Shown: piece by piece, positions 36,859-44,659 of the stretch | How positions within the stretch are numbered: the first letter of the stretch is position 1 | Layout: every line of letters begins with the position of its first letter | NCBI GenBank assembly: GCA_964434265.1 | Contig: CAYSUK010000003.1 | Location: 24,021-88,020, forward strand | Source of the DNA: an uncultured Christensenella sp. | GTDB taxonomy: Bacteria; Bacillota; Clostridia; Christensenellales; UBA1242 | DNA length: 64,000 nucleotides | Reading direction: 5' to 3' | Program-made: the position numbers and the translations under genes | Notes under the pieces: model-generated | What the model was told of the DNA's origin: nothing | Seen by the model: the letters and a program-made list of their open reading frames with translations, nothing else | The model's database searches: none

Positions 36859-39534
36859 TTATTCTCTATTATATTTATTTTTGTTTTGTCTATTTCTTAA
36901 TTTTTCAAACCATGTCATAAATGTATTGTAAGTAGGATAACTCAAAAGTATCAAGATTATCACAAACAACACATTTTGCAAACTAAGTGGCGTGTACATA
37001 AAGAAGTCAAACGGAATGATAATAAGTGTTGCTGACAAAAGCAATGTAACCGCAGACACAAGTATTCCACGATACAAATTGTAAGGTTTGCAAAGTGTAA
37101 ACAACACCATAAGACCAGCAAAGGTTACTGTCAAAGCCATCATTGTCACATATTCGCCGTTTGTCCCGACAATAACATCAAACAAATAACATGCTATAGC
37201 GTCTAATGTAAATATCAAAGCACTTGGCAATGATTTTGCAAGCAGATTTGGCAAAAATCTACCTTTTATCACATCATCGTTTGGCTGTAATGCCAAGAAG
37301 AATGATGGAAGACCTATTATGAAAAATTCCAACAACAATATGTGTGATGTGTAAAATGGATATGATTGATTTGGGATAAACAAGAAGAATATTGTAAGAA
37401 GTATGGTAAATATAGTCTTCATCAAGAAAAGCGAAGAAGTATTTTGAACGTTGTTTACGACACGACGACCTTCAGCAACAACGCTTGGCATAGATGAGAA
37501 ATTGCTATCAAGAAGTACTAAGTGGCTGACATTACGAGTGGCTTCGCTTCCGCTTGCCATGGCTATACTACAATCGGCTTCTTTCATTGCAAGAATGTCA
37601 TTTACACCGTCACCCGTCATCGCAACTTTGTGTCCCTTGGCTTTTAGTGCTTTTACAAGAATACTTTTTTGCTCAGGACTAACACGTCCAAAAACAGTGT
37701 ATTTGTCAGCTGCTTCGATTACTTGGTTTTCGCTGAGCCCCTCAAGGCTTATATACATCTCAGCCTTATCGACTCCTACACGTTTGCTTACTTCACTTAC
37801 TGTAAGCGGATTGTCTCCAGATATGATTTTTATTTGAACACCATTATCTTTAAACCATTGTATGGTTTTTGATGCATCTTCTCTTATATGGTCTTCTATT
37901 ACAATGACAGCGACCGGAGTACGTTTTGCAGGTAGTGTGTCATTTGATATTTCGCCATCACACTTCACCAAAAGCAGTACTCTAAAACCTTTTTGAGCAT
38001 ATTGTTTTACAATGCGGTCAGTTTCAGCACTCGACTTGCCTTTCATAACAAACTCGGGTGCACCATATGCATATGTCATGCCATTTTTAAAAGTTACACC
38101 GCTGAGTTTGCGAGTGCTATTAAATGGCAAAATTGTTTTTGCAGTGTATTCTTTGCTATAACCAAAATGAGTTGCGAGTGCACGGCTTGTGAGATTGTTG
38201 TCGTCAAGCGCTGTAAGCATGCTTCCCATTATGTCACCGATATTTTCACTAACATTACTTCCGATTTGAACAACCGAATACACTTTCATAGTGCCATCGG
38301 TGATTGTACCAGTTTTGTCAAGGCATAGGACATCGGCACGAGCAAGCATTTCTATCGAATACAAGTCCTGAACAAGTGTGCGCTTGGCAGCAAGTTTGAT
38401 TACACCAACAGCGAGTGCGACACTAGTGAGCAAAAACATTCCCGCCGGAATCATACCTATAGCACTACCAGCAGTGTATTTGATAGCCGACGCAACACTA
38501 CCCTCGGCCTTGTAAGTACTCATAAATGTAAGAACAGCGAGCGGAATAATAATAACGCCTATTACTTTAATAATAGTATTTAGCGAATTTAGTAGTTCGC
38601 TCTTTGGTTTTTGATAACGTTTGGCCTTGGCAGCGAGTTTTGCCGTATAACACTCTTCGCCGACCTTATCGACACGAGCACAGCATTTGCCACCCACAAC
38701 AAAGCTTCCGCTATACAATACATCGCCTTTTTTCTTTTTGACCGATACGCTCTCGCCAGTGAGTAAACTTTCATTAACTTCAATCTCACCTTCGACAACG
38801 ATACAGTCGGCAGGGATTTGTTTGCCCGATGTTAATAGCATAATATCGTCCAACACAATATCGTCCACCGATATATCCATTTCTTGTTTGTCCCGCACAA
38901 CAATAGCCGTCGGCGACACAACAAGACTGATTTTCTCAATAGTTTTTTTGGCTCTTATTTCTTGAATTATACCAATTATTAGGTTTGCCGAAACAGTCAC
39001 CAAGAATATAAGCATACTGATCGGTGCTTTTACCACAATAAGAGCAATTGCTATGCCAAAACATAAGATGTTGAAAAATGTAAATATGTTTGACAAAAAT
39101 ATTTGAGAATACGACTTCACATTTTTGTTTTCAGTATGATTTGTAAGCCCTTCGGATACACGATGTTCGACCTGTGACGAAGTCAAACCAACTTTGGCAC
39201 TAGGCGAAAAACGGACAACATTATCTTTCTTGTCCTTTTTGTCTTTCCTTTTGGACTTTTGTGGTTTTTCTTTGTCCACAATAATCCTAGGCGCTTTATA
39301 AACCACACCTTCTTCGATAATAACTGTTTCACTATCGCCTTTATTTTCACCAACATTTAGTGAAGCTTGTTTTTTCTTAGTGTTTGTTTTTTGTGCCTCT
39401 ACAACATTGACTTCCTTTTTAACGCCTGTATCCAAACTAGTCTCTTTTTCCTTTTCAACAACAGTTGTTGAAGGTTGTTTTTGAGATTTAGAACTTGATT
39501 TTTTCTTAGTTGAAGTTGACTTTTGTTCTTTCAT
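36859..39534 (-). CDS. cation-translocating P-type ATPase of unclear specificity, with about 125-aa K/S/T-rich N-terminal extension
   Basis: 891 aa with DKTGTITDG, TGES and TGDGVNDILAMKEADCSIAM. The TM4 motif reads IPAGM rather than PEGL or CPC. RBS AGGAAG. Confidence 0.85.
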   Translation of the reverse strand: MKEQKSTSTKKKSSSKSQKQPSTTVVEKEKETSLDTGVKKEVNVVEAQKTNTKKKQASLNVGENKGDSETVIIEEGVVYKAPRIIVDKEKPQKSKRKDKKDKKDNVVRFSPSAKVGLTSSQVEHRVSEGLTNHTENKNVKSYSQIFLSNIFTFFNILCFGIAIALIVVKAPISMLIFLVTVSANLIIGIIQEIRAKKTIEKISLVVSPTAIVVRDKQEMDISVDDIVLDDIMLLTSGKQIPADCIVVEGEIEVNESLLTGESVSVKKKKGDVLYSGSFVVGGKCCARVDKVGEECYTAKLAAKAKRYQKPKSELLNSLNTIIKVIGVIIIPLAVLTFMSTYKAEGSVASAIKYTAGSAIGMIPAGMFLLTSVALAVGVIKLAAKRTLVQDLYSIEMLARADVLCLDKTGTITDGTMKVYSVVQIGSNVSENIGDIMGSMLTALDDNNLTSRALATHFGYSKEYTAKTILPFNSTRKLSGVTFKNGMTYAYGAPEFVMKGKSSAETDRIVKQYAQKGFRVLLLVKCDGEISNDTLPAKRTPVAVIVIEDHIREDASKTIQWFKDNGVQIKIISGDNPLTVSEVSKRVGVDKAEMYISLEGLSENQVIEAADKYTVFGRVSPEQKSILVKALKAKGHKVAMTGDGVNDILAMKEADCSIAMASGSEATRNVSHLVLLDSNFSSMPSVVAEGRRVVNNVQNTSSLFLMKTIFTILLTIFFLFIPNQSYPFYTSHILLLEFFIIGLPSFFLALQPNDDVIKGRFLPNLLAKSLPSALIFTLDAIACYLFDVIVGTNGEYVTMMALTVTFAGLMVLFTLCKPYNLYRGILVSAVTLLLSATLIIIPFDFFMYTPLSLQNVLFVIILILLSYPTYNTFMTWFEKLRNRQNKNKYNRE

Positions 39535-39735
39535 TTTGCTTCCTTTACTGTTATATAGTATGCTTTATTATAACATAAATATTTTCAAAAACAAATATAA
39601 AACAAATACATATTTTTATTTTATTATTTTTTCAAATAAAACTTGCATTTTATAATTGGATATGATATCATATCGTTGTCGAAAGAATAAATCCCGACAT
39701 TATAATATACAATATCACATAAAATCCATACATAT

Positions 39736-39810
39736 GGCCGTATGGTCAAGCGGTTAAGACGTCGCCCTCTCACGGCGGAATCTGGGGTTCGATTCCCCAT
39801 ACGGCTACCA
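39736..39810 (+). tRNA. tRNA-Glu (anticodon CUC), CCA encoded
   Basis: Hand-folded cloverleaf: acceptor GGCCGTA/TACGGCT, D arm GTC-AAGCGGTTAA-GAC, anticodon stem TCGCC/GGCGG with loop CTCTCAC, T arm TGGGG-TTCGATT-CCCCA, discriminator A, CCA. Confidence 0.9.
39802..39810 (+). repeat. left copy of the 9-bp direct repeat CGGCTACCA (tRNA-Glu 3' end)
   Basis: Repeated exactly at 39943-39951. The two copies bracket a 132-bp module. Confidence 0.8.
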
Positions 39811-39813
39811 GCA

Positions 39814-39861
39814 CCACAACATGTTGTGTTTAGTGCACCACACCACCACAACATATTGTAT
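39814..39861. promoter_or_regulatory. pair of NrdR-box-like palindromes immediately 3' of tRNA-Glu
   Basis: CCACAACATGTTGTGT (39814-39829) and CCACAACATATTGTAT (39846-39861), centres 32 bp apart. Confidence 0.4.
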
Positions 39862-39865
39862 TTGA

Positions 39866-39895
39866 AGACAGGTTTTTTAAGCCTGTTTTTATTTT
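39866..39895 (+). terminator. weak hairpin plus T-run inside the tRNA-Glu trailer module
   Basis: Stem ACAGG/CCTGT with a 9-nt loop, followed by TTTTATTTTTT. Confidence 0.45.
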
Positions 39896-39905
39896 TTGAC
39901 AAAAA

Positions 39906-39927
39906 TTGAGTAGAATTTGAGTAGAAT
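39906..39927 (+). repeat. perfect 11-bp tandem repeat TTGAGTAGAAT x2
   Basis: Read directly. The counterpart GTGAGTAGAAA GTGAGTAGAAT lies at 61548-61569. Confidence 0.9.
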
Positions 39928-39942
39928 TTTACTCGTCAAATT

Positions 39943-39951
39943 CGGCTACCA
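39943..39951 (+). repeat. right copy of the 9-bp direct repeat CGGCTACCA
   Basis: Identical to 39802-39810. Confidence 0.8.
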
Positions 39952-40069
39952 TAATAAAATAAGTCTCGCGTTTACGTGGGACTTTTTATTTGCTTTTTAC
40001 TTGGGAAGCTCAACTGCATTACAAAAAATCCTTATCTTGCGACAAGGATTTTGTAATATTGATTACGTT

Positions 40070-40987
40070 TTATCTTTCCATTCCGTCATTTTCTTTTGAT
40101 TTGGTTTTGCTATTTAAAGATTTATGAGCAGTTTGGCTGTTTCTAAACGTATTATCAGTCATAGATTTATTTAGTTTTGTAGAAGCTGTCTTATTTGTAT
40201 GAATACAATTTATTACATTATTTTTTGCATCATAATAGTAAGATACTGGATCTGCGCCCGTGCTATTTTTATTTAAGTCATACACTTCTTTTCCGTCATA
40301 CACCGATGCTATAATATCTTTATCGCGTTGGGTATAATCATGTACCGATTTATAATCCAAACTGTAATACATTATGGATTTTTTTTGTTCGTTTATGTCA
40401 TACAAGTCGGTAAAACCTAAAGTATGCAAAAGTTCGTGTTGGACTATTGTTGTAAGAACAGATTGTGTATATGCTTCATCCCAATATCCATCGGCAAATT
40501 TTTTATCAAGCTTGATGCTAATCGGAAAGGATATCTCGCCAGAATATTTGTCATAAGTATAAAGAGTATTACCCCCGAGATGATCGCCTATTTCGTCACA
40601 CATCTCAATAGAAATATATTTTTTGTTTTTCTTAGTATCAAAATCTTTTTCGTCGTAAATATTATAATTGATTTTTTCACTAATATTGTCGAGAGTATTT
40701 ATTCCATTTATGACATATTGTTTTGACAATTCGTCCATATCCTTTATAACGACAGGAATAGGTTCTCCGTCCAAAACCATTTTTTGCACAACACCTTTTT
40801 CTGTCAAAGCAAAATATCTAATATTGTCGCCAATAACACTCTTATCATATTCCTTCGAATTGTCGACAATTTTATCATTTCTAATTTTTATTATTGCCGG
40901 ACCACCAACACCACCAACTAAAAGTCCAAGCATAGATGCCCCGATCCCGACTTTCATAAACAAATCTTTGTTTTTATCTTTTCTCAT
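40070..40987 (-). CDS. membrane-anchored zinc metalloprotease (HExxHxxGxxD)
   Basis: 305 aa. N-terminal TM GIGASMLGLLVGGVGGPAII. VQHELLHTLGFTD has the zinc-binding motif with Asp as third ligand, as in snapalysin-type metzincins. Confidence 0.6.
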   Translation of the reverse strand: MRKDKNKDLFMKVGIGASMLGLLVGGVGGPAIIKIRNDKIVDNSKEYDKSVIGDNIRYFALTEKGVVQKMVLDGEPIPVVIKDMDELSKQYVINGINTLDNISEKINYNIYDEKDFDTKKNKKYISIEMCDEIGDHLGGNTLYTYDKYSGEISFPISIKLDKKFADGYWDEAYTQSVLTTIVQHELLHTLGFTDLYDINEQKKSIMYYSLDYKSVHDYTQRDKDIIASVYDGKEVYDLNKNSTGADPVSYYYDAKNNVINCIHTNKTASTKLNKSMTDNTFRNSQTAHKSLNSKTKSKENDGMER

Positions 40988-41008
40988 AATGTTTTCCTTT
41001 GTATTATA

Positions 41009-41037
41009 AATATAACATCATATAACATCTTTGTCAA
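41009..41037 (-). promoter_or_regulatory. promoter of the metalloprotease gene
   Basis: TTGACA (41032-41037), 17 nt, TATATT (41009-41014). Carries the shared TTTAGGTATTGACAAA motif. Confidence 0.55.
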
Positions 41038-41134
41038 TACCTAAATTTAACAACAAAACCCAATCCGAAATACATGATTTTTGTCAAAATACATATAGTT
41101 TTTGTCATAAACAACCACTTACTGTACACAAAGT

Positions 41135-41896
41135 CTATTTTACCAATACGTCAAATGTGACTTTTATAGATTGACCCGGGTCAATATTTCCCACAACAAA
41201 ACCAGTCACTGGATTTGCCGTACTTCGGGTTTCGCCATCTACTTTTACACTACCTTCTACAAATTCCACTATTTCAGGAAGGTCGTCTTTAAAGTTGATG
41301 GCGATATTTCGTATATTGCCCAAATTTGTAATTACGTTTTGATATGTGAGTTTTGTTCCTTTCACAACAGCCGTTTTGTCATTTTCAAGTTTTAACGTTA
41401 TTTCTTGTCTTGCAAGACTAAGTGCAAGAGTGTTCGAATTCTCAATTATGTTTTTAGCATCCCCAGCCGAATAAGTCACTTGCGATACTGTAGTGATGTC
41501 ATTTGCCGCATCATCATTCACAACCAGTGTATAAGTGACGGTTGCACTATTGCCTGCCTTTATTGAGTGTGGCAATGTAAATCCACTTATAGGGTCATAT
41601 AGTGCATATGATGTTCCATCGACATGCACCGAACCCGACCTAATAGTCACATCACCAGTAATAGTGTCTTTTATAAAGATATCCGTAATTTCATACTCGC
41701 TTTTATTTGTTAGGGTCAATGTTTGACTGACAACACTACCAGCCATAACAATATCCATAGACCCAGTCCTAACTTTCATAAAATCGATAGTCACAACTTC
41801 AGTCGATGTCTCGTTGCTTTGTGTATTTACTTCATACTCTTTTTCATCATAGGTATATTTTGATTGCAAATTTGATACATTTGTAATTGTAGCCAT
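41135..41896 (-). CDS. DUF11 (conserved repeat domain) protein, no signal peptide
   Basis: 253 aa. Two copies of the pattern LT..N.....I.....D.L....F..GSV.VDG (TLTLTNKSEYEITDIFIKDTITGDVTIRSGSVHVDG; LTYQNVITNLGNIRNIAINFKDDLPEIVEFVEGSVKVDG). RBS GGAGGAAAAG. Confidence 0.6.
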   Translation of the reverse strand: MATITNVSNLQSKYTYDEKEYEVNTQSNETSTEVVTIDFMKVRTGSMDIVMAGSVVSQTLTLTNKSEYEITDIFIKDTITGDVTIRSGSVHVDGTSYALYDPISGFTLPHSIKAGNSATVTYTLVVNDDAANDITTVSQVTYSAGDAKNIIENSNTLALSLARQEITLKLENDKTAVVKGTKLTYQNVITNLGNIRNIAINFKDDLPEIVEFVEGSVKVDGETRSTANPVTGFVVGNIDPGQSIKVTFDVLVK

Positions 41897-41999
41897 ATCT
41901 TTTCCTCCATTTTACCATCACACCATATTATGTCTAAAAGCCCAAAATTGTCAAAAAACCCTACTAAAAATCACAAAACATACGTTTTATTGTCAAAAT

Positions 42000-42464
42000 C
42001 TATTGTTTTCTAATTACTCCACACGCAATCCGTTTACCCGAATTGCCCGCCGGCTGTGAATTATAGTCGTCAGGGTCGTGATGAATAATCACTGATTTAC
42101 CTATTATTTCACTCACCGTAAATCGGTCGGTCAAAAACACCATAAAAGCATCACCACCACTACTCAATAGTACGGGCATATCACCTTTATGCATGGGGTG
42201 AGTATCACCACCATAATGCCCACCAGCCGATGAAAAATCACCTTCACACTCGCCCACTCCATGAATATGAAATCCGTAAAAGCCTTTGTCGGTTATTGGC
42301 AAATTGTGTATTACAGCTACCACAATAGTATCCCCGTCAAAATCATAAAACTCCACAACTCCGTACACTCCGTCATTTCCCTTAACATCTGCAACCGCAC
42401 TAGGATAACGTCCCACAATTTGTCCCAGTAATAATTTTGTTTCGCTAAAAACATTGTTTTGCAT
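42000..42464 (-). CDS. sodC: Cu/Zn superoxide dismutase family protein, no signal peptide
   Basis: GFHIHGVGEC, AGGHYGG, HKGDMPVL and GNSGKRIACGVI match SodC metal-ligand and C-terminal motifs. Confidence 0.8.
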   Translation of the reverse strand: MQNNVFSETKLLLGQIVGRYPSAVADVKGNDGVYGVVEFYDFDGDTIVVAVIHNLPITDKGFYGFHIHGVGECEGDFSSAGGHYGGDTHPMHKGDMPVLLSSGGDAFMVFLTDRFTVSEIIGKSVIIHHDPDDYNSQPAGNSGKRIACGVIRKQ

Positions 42465-42536
42465 ATTTTACCCCCATTACATACTACATAAAAGTATGAA
42501 AATACAACAATTTTTGTGAAAAACAGATGCTACGAT

Positions 42537-42564
42537 TTGTCAAAAATAGTTATTGTGATATAAT
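42537..42564 (+). promoter_or_regulatory. promoter of the Mrr-like gene
   Basis: TTGTCA, 16 nt, TATAAT, then AGGTGGA and ATG. Confidence 0.55.
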
Positions 42565-42580
42565 CAAACTAGGTGGAAAA

Positions 42581-43069
42581 ATGTTTACATATCTAAAAAA
42601 AAGGTTTAGAAAAATACAACTCAATAAGTTTATCAAAAGCACACCAATAGAAAAAATCGACAGCATAAGCGGATACGATTTTGAAAACTATGTCTCGACA
42701 CTTTTTGAAAGTGTGGGGTTTGACTGCAAATCGACACCCAAAAGCAAAGACAATGGTGTCGACTTGATAGCGACAAAAGACGGCATTAGCGTGGCCATAC
42801 AAACCAAACTCTACTACAATCATAAAGTTTCAAATGGCGCCGTGCAAGAAGTGTATACAGGGGCTGACTACTTCGACACAACACTCTCGCTTGTCATTAC
42901 AAACTGGTATTTCTCTTCACCTGCCATCTCCGTCGCTGAGAAACTAAATGTCGGACTCATCGACCGCACAATACTCACAAATCTCATAAAATCAAATGCT
43001 CGTGACCGCGAGTATATACTCGACAATCTTATTTACTCATTGTACACAAAAAAACAGCCACAAAAGTGA
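42581..43069 (+). CDS. stand-alone restriction endonuclease-like (Mrr_cat, PD-(D/E)xK) protein
   Basis: ISGYDFENYVSTLFESVGF...DNGVDLIATKDGISVAIQTK gives the D...(Q/E)xK core. ATG 42581 has AGGTGGA. Its own promoter is at 42537-42564. Confidence 0.7.
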   Translation: MFTYLKKRFRKIQLNKFIKSTPIEKIDSISGYDFENYVSTLFESVGFDCKSTPKSKDNGVDLIATKDGISVAIQTKLYYNHKVSNGAVQEVYTGADYFDTTLSLVITNWYFSSPAISVAEKLNVGLIDRTILTNLIKSNARDREYILDNLIYSLYTKKQPQK

Positions 43070-43090
43070 CTGTTTTTATTTTATAGCCTA

Positions 43091-43924
43091 CTATTTTGTA
43101 GACTCTTCTTTATTTTTATTGGCCTTATCCATCACTTGTTTTGCGACTTGGCCACGACTCTTCTTAGGGGCTTTTCTGTCTCCGCCATTTGTGTTACGTG
43201 GTTTGGATATTTTCTTTTCCACAACAACTGGTGTATTTTTCTCAGCAAATTCTTTTTCTTTTGCCACAATCTTTGTATACATATCCTTAACACACATATC
43301 GGCAAGTATACTTTCAAATGCATCACGGTATTCTACATGTGGAGTCATGTCATATTTTTCACAACCATAAAATGACAAATATGCTTCTTTGATTCCATTT
43401 ATCATACTATCCGAGCAGTGTATAACATTTGCCGTAATATTTGGTTTGATATTGCCATGCTCATCACGAAGAGCAAAGTCGTATCTAATAGTTCCCTTGT
43501 CAGGACTACCTGTCTTGCCTTGCAATTTACGTGCAATAGCAATAGGATTGATTCTCATATCTCCCACAACCATAAGCCCAATAGTAGGTACTGGCAAAAG
43601 CCCTTCGCTTTTTACATATGGATGATACATTTTACCTGTCATATACGTATTGCAAATCTTCCATATATCAGGTCGGTCAAGTAGGTTTTGATAAAACACC
43701 TTATTGAATTCGCGAGTACGGTTTATCACGTTTCGTGCAACAACTTTAAGTCCAGCATTTTCAAGTCTCTCGATTATCTCTTTCTCGTGCTTTTGAAAAC
43801 CCGGTTTTATCTCCATATAAAACGGAACACAATTTGCATATTGTGTTTTAAGTTCTTCATTTACCCAAACTTCGAGTTCCATCTCATTTTTGATATCTTC
43901 ATATTTCATTGCTTGATGTGCCAT
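43091..43924 (-). CDS. divergent nucleoside-diphosphate-kinase-like protein with basic C-terminal tail
   Basis: 277 aa. FYMEIKPGFQKHEKEIIERLENAGLKVVARN, GTIRYDFA and NVIHCSDSMINGIKEA align with the NDK landmarks (IKPDG..., TIRGDF, HGSDS). About 45 extra N-terminal and 60 K/R-rich C-terminal residues. Confidence 0.55.
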   Translation of the reverse strand: MAHQAMKYEDIKNEMELEVWVNEELKTQYANCVPFYMEIKPGFQKHEKEIIERLENAGLKVVARNVINRTREFNKVFYQNLLDRPDIWKICNTYMTGKMYHPYVKSEGLLPVPTIGLMVVGDMRINPIAIARKLQGKTGSPDKGTIRYDFALRDEHGNIKPNITANVIHCSDSMINGIKEAYLSFYGCEKYDMTPHVEYRDAFESILADMCVKDMYTKIVAKEKEFAEKNTPVVVEKKISKPRNTNGGDRKAPKKSRGQVAKQVMDKANKNKEESTK

Positions 43925-43950
43925 ATTATTTCTCCTTCTATCTTGACTAT

Positions 43951-43979
43951 ATTTTACACCAATTGGGAACTCTTTGCAA
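43951..43979 (-). promoter_or_regulatory. promoter of the NDK-like gene
   Basis: TTGCAA (43974-43979), 17 nt, TAAAAT (43951-43956). Carries TTTAGGTATTGCAAA. Confidence 0.5.
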
Positions 43980-43989
43980 TACCTAAAGA

Positions 43990-44015
43990 TAAAAAAATCC
44001 CCACATTGTGGGGAA
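43990..44015 (-). terminator. terminator after the small membrane protein gene
   Basis: Stem TCCCCAC/GTGGGGA with a 3-nt loop and a 7-nt T-run. Confidence 0.7.
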
Positions 44016-44030
44016 AATTATTTTATAATG

Positions 44031-44531
44031 TTATTTTTTCTTTTTTGTTTTTGTATTTGCATCAGCAAGTCCGCAAAGACCAGCAACAACACCAAACACA
44101 AGTGTAAGCACACCACCAGCCCATGGGAAGAAAGTAATATTAAGTAACTCAATTTTATTTGCAAGACACCAAATAAGTGCAAATACAAATGTCAAAACAC
44201 CTAGAATAAGTACAAGTAGTGAACAAAGTTTTGTAAGACCATCTACGAGGCTATTTGACTTAACTACAAAACGTACAACTTCTAATACTACAAGAAGCAT
44301 AGCAAGCGCAAATGTAACATAGAAAAGTATTTTTGCAATAGTCATCATTGCTTCACTCTTATTGAATACTTTAAAAAAGTTGTCAGTAAGATCAGAAAGT
44401 TTAACTGCCTCAGTTGTTGTTCCATGCGAAGTTTTTGTAGTTGCAGTAACAAAACCTACTACCATTGGAATTACCATCAAACCTGAAAATACTATTGTAA
44501 GCACTCTCAAAATAAGATTTTTAGTTTTCAT
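44031..44531 (-). CDS. small 4-5 TM membrane protein
   Basis: ATG 44531 is preceded by AGGAGGAG. The product is hydrophobic with a lysine tail (TKTKKKK). Terminator at 43990-44015. Confidence 0.5.
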   Translation of the reverse strand: MKTKNLILRVLTIVFSGLMVIPMVVGFVTATTKTSHGTTTEAVKLSDLTDNFFKVFNKSEAMMTIAKILFYVTFALAMLLVVLEVVRFVVKSNSLVDGLTKLCSLLVLILGVLTFVFALIWCLANKIELLNITFFPWAGGVLTLVFGVVAGLCGLADANTKTKKKK

Positions 44532-44628
44532 ATCTCCTCCTAAAATATTTATATATTTTGAGTATACAACAAATGTGACTATTTGCAAAATGTTTTTCTA
44601 AAAGTTTTTTAATATTTGGCATTTCATA

Positions 44629-44656
44629 TAAAAAATCCTATGCATAGCATAGGATA
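44629..44656 (-). terminator. terminator after the SIMPL-like gene
   Basis: 9-bp stem ATCCTATGC/GCATAGGAT with a 3-nt loop, then a T-run. Confidence 0.7.
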
Positions 44657-44659
44657 ATT

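Noticed and set aside
39624-39902. 92-aa minus-strand ORF across the tRNA-Glu locus. Also the two listed ORFs that both begin MSRIL (39917-40099 and 61559-61954).
   Set aside because: The first overlaps a well-folded tRNA. The MSRIL starts are simply the GAGTAGAAT DNA repeat read as protein. None has an RBS.
39906-39927. Tandem 11-mers considered as a CRISPR or other array.
   Set aside because: There are only two abutting copies with no spacers, and no cas genes are present.
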